Shown one piece after another: positions 59,801-64,000 of a DNA stretch of 64,000 nucleotides. The notes under the pieces were generated by a model, which made no database searches, was not told where the DNA came from, and worked only from the letters and a program-made list of their open reading frames with translations. The number at the start of each line of letters is the position of its first letter. The first letter of the stretch is position 1. The DNA is taken from assembly GCA_001179505.1 (NCBI GenBank), contig CDMY01000510.1, positions 248,001 through 312,000 of the forward strand. The letters run 5' to 3'. This stretch comes from Vitrella brassicaformis CCMP3155 (taxonomy: Eukaryota > Protista > Chromerida). The translations under genes were made by a program, and so were the position numbers.

Positions 59801-62800
59801 GACATGACTGCTCAGCAGGTCCGGTGCTGGGAAGGCACTTATGACGTCATTCGTCTAGACTGCAGGGGTCAGCTAATGAGAGAGATAGAGAGATAGAGAG
59901 AGAGAGAGAGGCAAAGGTGTGACGCAAGTGTGTACGCCATGTGTGTGGTGTGGTGTGGTGTGGTGTGCAGCCGAGTGTTTGTCGTCGGTGCCGCTTCCTC
60001 TGCGAGGCTACGTGCAGATCGGCAGTGACATCCGGCACGGCAGCCGTCGTGTGGTGCAGTGTGACGAGGGTGAGGGCTACGGCAGCATCATTCCCAACAT
60101 GACGCAGGAGACGCTCTACTGCAGCGATGGATACTGGTCCCCACACTCACTCCAATGCAGAGGTCGGTGGGTGACAAATTTCATGGATGCACGGACGTCT
60201 CAGTCGCACCGTCGTGTGGTCTCTGTGCTGTGTGCTGGCTGTGTGTGATTGATTTGTCTGTCTGCAGTGTGGTGTGAGAGTCAGTACCTGCAGGAAATTT
60301 GCCAACCTGAGCAGGACGAGTGCACAGGCCCCTACCGGTTCGAGCCGCCTCTCACCATCGCCGACACATATCCCTCGCAATTTTCAGTCGACGTGCGGTG
60401 AGGATTCTTCAGTGCTGCCTGCATGCCTGTATCTCACTGGGCTCGTGTGTCAGGTGCAATGACGCGGAGGGCTATGTGCCGACGTCCTTCGAGCCCACCG
60501 GCAACACCTCCCAGATTGACACGACAGAGACGCTCAGGTGTCTCGGCGACCCTGCAAACCCTTCACACAGCTGGTCGGACCTCACTCTACAATGCGCTGG
60601 TGAGCAGATCGTGTAATGCGAGAGACAAAGTAAGTGATTTTGCTGTTGTGTCTTTTCTCCCAGCCCCCTGCGTGACGGATCACCTGCTGCGTCTCGGGCA
60701 GTCGATTGTGCAGCGGTGGATATACGCGTCAGAAGAAACGCGGGTCATCAACGGCAGGCTCACTGGCGACCAGGAGATCCCTTCTTCCGTCTACCACAAC
60801 GCCCGGGTGGAGCTGACGTGCGCTGAGGGTTTCAACAGCAGGTTCCTCAATGGCAGTGGGTATCCGACGAGACAGAGGTCGCTGGTAGAGTGTCGGAACG
60901 GCCAGTGGACAGACGTCGAGCTGGAATGTGCCGGTGGGTGGGCTCGAAAGGGGGGCTCTTGTCTTGTCTGTCATGTGTGTGTCTCTCTCTATTGTGTGGT
61001 TGTTGCTGCCAGCCTCCTGCAAGGAGTATGAGTATCCCGGTGCTGGGTATGAAGTGCAAGAGCTCCCCTACATTGGGGCCCTCTTCCACGGCGCTCGCCG
61101 GGTGCTGCGGTGCGACCCACTTGTGGCCTCCGCTGCTGGAAACACGACTGAGGATTCTCTGGTGTGCGTCAACGGGGTCTGGACACGAAAGACCATCACA
61201 TGCAAAAGTAGGTCTGCCCCACGAACACACGAGAAACAGACAGCACATTGCTTGATGTCATATGCATTGACGTTGTGAGTGTGCAGGGAGCTGAGGTCCC
61301 TTCCCGACTCTGCTGGCTTCCCGCTATGTCGTTCGTCACGTCAAGGCTGGTGTGGGTGTGGACCCCCTCACGAGCCACCAGGCCGAGTTCCACATCAGCT
61401 GCCGTCGGCACTTCTCGCCATCGACAGGCGACAGCCCTTCCACAGTGCGGTGTGAGGACGGCAAGTGGACAGACCTTATTCTCATCTGCATGAGTAAGAA
61501 ACTTGGACGGCTCTCACCCCGTCGGGCACATGAGGGAATGTGTGTGTGTATGTGTCTGTGTCTATCTGTCACGCCAGGGGATTGCGAGAGAGCTCCTCAC
61601 TTCTCCTCCAAGTACAGTGTGGAAAAGGTGTGGCCCCTGTCTGATGATGAAGGCGGCCCGAGCTGGCCACACGGCAGCCAGATCAACGTCACGTGCTCTT
61701 ACCACCATGCACCCGAGTACCACCGTGAAGCGCATGCAGCTTCTTATGAGCTGCTGGAGTGTCTCGATGGATCCTTCGCCCACAGCATGCTTCGCTGCGG
61801 ACGTGAGACTGCCCGCCCCACGTCTAACCAATGAATGCGAGACAGGCAATAAGCGCTGCCCTGCCTGTGTGGTGTGAGTGTCTCTGCAGGTGTGTGTGCA
61901 TCTGACGTGCCTGAGTCGCGGGGCTATGTGATAGACTCACCGGACAGACATACACACTGGCCAATGGCCGGCGAGGTGGCCCCGGGTGTGTCGAGGAGAA
62001 TCCGGTGTGACAATACCAAGAGATACTTCCCTGTGGAGGGAAGTGACCATCAAAAGGCTGAGGAGGACACAATCCAATGCGTTGACGGCACCTGGACCGC
62101 CGCATCCATTTTCTGCCGACGTACGTGAGAAGGCAGACCTAACTGGACACTTTGACTGTCAGTGCATATACGCTTACCGTTCCCTTCATCTTTCTGTGGT
62201 GAGGCTCTTGTCCCTTCCTTTATCTTGCTGCTGACGAGAACGCCCCTTCCCGGCCCAATACCCATTACGTCCCCTACCAATACGACGTGGCCAGCCCCCA
62301 CAACACCACCGCCGACCTCTTCTCCACCGCTGCATTCGGTGAGGGCATCGATGTTGCGACATTACCTCGTCATGGCTCCGAGGTGACCCTCAAGTGCCGT
62401 TCTTCTGACCTTCCTGGCGAGTCGTGGACACCAGCATATTCCGACAAGGATGCAGCAGGTGTAACGGTGACGATCAGGTGCACTGATGGGGCATGGTCGC
62501 CCATCACGCTATCTGGCGCGAGTAAGGAAATATAAGAGACAAGACAGGTGAAGCGCGGTTGTCTCGCCAATGCGGTCGCTTGTTCAGAGGATTGCACTAC
62601 GGATGATCTCAAGGAGAGGCTTGGACGACTGATGGCCATGCATGCCAGTGAAGACACTGCAGGCGAAGGAGGCGAGGCACTGGATACGGAGAAGTCCCAT
62701 CGGTTGAGCATGGGGAGCGTGTCATCGTTGCCTGCGGGGACAATGCCTCCTACCCCGTCGACTGCCACCAAGAGACATCACTGCCATCGGATGAGAGAGA

Positions 62801-64000
62801 AGAGATCACGTGCACCAACGGCACGTTTGCACCCATAACCCTCTCTTGCAGCGGTACGCATATCGGCACAAACGGCGGGGCAAATTCATTGGCCATACAT
62901 ACATGTCTCCTGTTTCTCGTACAGCTGACTGCGACATGAGCAATCTCCGTCGGTGGCTTTCATCCTTCGATGGCTACTACGCGATCGACCACATCGCCCC
63001 TCCCTCCTTTGCGGACTCAGTTATGGTGCCCACAGGCACATGCGTCACGGTGGCGTGCGAGTTGGCACTGACGTCACCAGAGGGTGAGCTGGGGAAGGGC
63101 CGACAAACATACGCCATATGAGGGACGACTTCCCCCACGACGATTCGGTGCGACAACGGCCACTTCGAGACACTAGACCTCTTCTGTGCACGTGAGCACA
63201 TCTTGCCAAGAGGAGCAGACACAAACACTATGCCTATTGTCATTCTGTTTCAGAGGAGTGCGGCCCTCTCGAGATCGATCCGCACCGCTATTCCGCCCTC
63301 CTGAAGGAGTCCATGCAGGCCGTGGGTCCCTCAAACCCCCCCGAGACGGAGATCCTGGTCAGGTGTCAGGATGGCTTCTCATCTGCTGGGGTCGAGGCTG
63401 ACTCATACACAACGGTGGAGTGCAATGACGGCACGTGGTCGCCCCTGATGATCAATTGCCAGCGTGAGACATGAAGGGGGGGGATGTGGGGATATGCAAA
63501 GTGCTCTTGTACCGGGCTGCCTGCAGAGGATTGTGGAGAGTTCTCATCACTCGAGCCTGTTGCCGCTTACACGATTGAAGGCAGTGGAGTGCATCACGCG
63601 GCCACACGGTCGATATCGTGCGCTGAGGGCTATTCCACCGGTGCTGCGGTGTCGCCAACCCAAAGTGAGTCCCGCTGCGTCGACGGTGTCTGGTCGCCAA
63701 CTGATCTTATCTGCTACGGTAGGCCAGATGATAGAAGGCATTGTGCACTCTGTGGCCGATTTCCTTCAGCTGACTGCGACGCGTTTGTGGGTGGTGCGCC
63801 GCTGGACGTCAGCCGCCTGGCACTCACCAAGGGCACACAACGTGAGATCCAGCCCAGAGCATGGCTACAGAATCACGGCTGTGCTTTGTATGGCGGCTGC
63901 AGGTCTAATGACCGAGCCTCAGCATCACGGCACTCGCCTGAAGCTACGGTGCAGGGAGGAGGTCTTGTACCTCTTTCAGGGCATGAGGGGCGCATCCATG
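56822..64000 (+). CDS. Very large secreted or surface protein with at least 17 Sushi/CCP modules, preceded by a beta-rich (possibly LamG/ConA-like) region and a CGNG..GEECD Cys-rich motif; 3'-truncated by the window
   Basis: Signal peptide MRMVCFLLIALLGCPPSSS, then YCGNGVVDGGEECD. The repeated exons follow the pattern C..GY..HG..C..GY..C.dG.W...C, for example RHGTVVEVSCREG..VKCIDGEWTSPGLQC. Confidence 0.85.

Noticed and set aside
63085-63123. In-frame TGA (63119-63121) inside Sushi module 15, suggesting selenocysteine or readthrough
   Set aside because: A 39-nt GTGAG..AG intron (~63085-63123) removes it and preserves the frame. The TGA is also not at a Cys position.
1-64000. tRNA, rRNA, snRNA, spliced-leader, telomeric repeats, transposase or reverse transcriptase ORFs
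   Set aside because: None were recognised by eye. A tRNAscan, Infernal or RepeatMasker run would be needed to exclude them formally.

Overview
This is a eukaryotic, GC-rich, intron-dense genomic window. It has short GT-AG introns filled with (GT)n/(CA)n/(GTCT)n microsatellites, and two 300-N assembly gaps at 38149-38448 and 42251-42550. Intron style and gene families suggest a chromerid alveolate such as Vitrella; this is an inference. Recognisable genes are: a B4GALNT1-like plus GT31-like glycosyltransferase fusion, an IGHMBP2/SMUBP-2 helicase, a SINA/SIAH E3 ligase, an RNF32-like protein, an NAD kinase, a RING protein, a secreted CAP/SCP protein, a cN-II-type 5'-nucleotidase, a BTB-TLDc protein, a secreted ShK-like plus ricin-B lectin protein, RPB8, and a very large secreted protein with at least 17 Sushi/CCP modules that runs off the right end. 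The 19.4-38.1 kb region is a duplicated accessory zone. It holds one intact intronless pseudokinase and four decayed relatives, two degenerate coiled-coil/RING copies, and a ~116-bp tandem array. The most striking unexplained signal is a 13-bp motif, TGCGAGCTNAGCT. It occurs four times, each time in a short intergenic gap between head-to-head genes or gene remnants, and is a candidate bidirectional core-promoter element. Spliced gene spans were assembled by eye, so exon boundaries are approximate.
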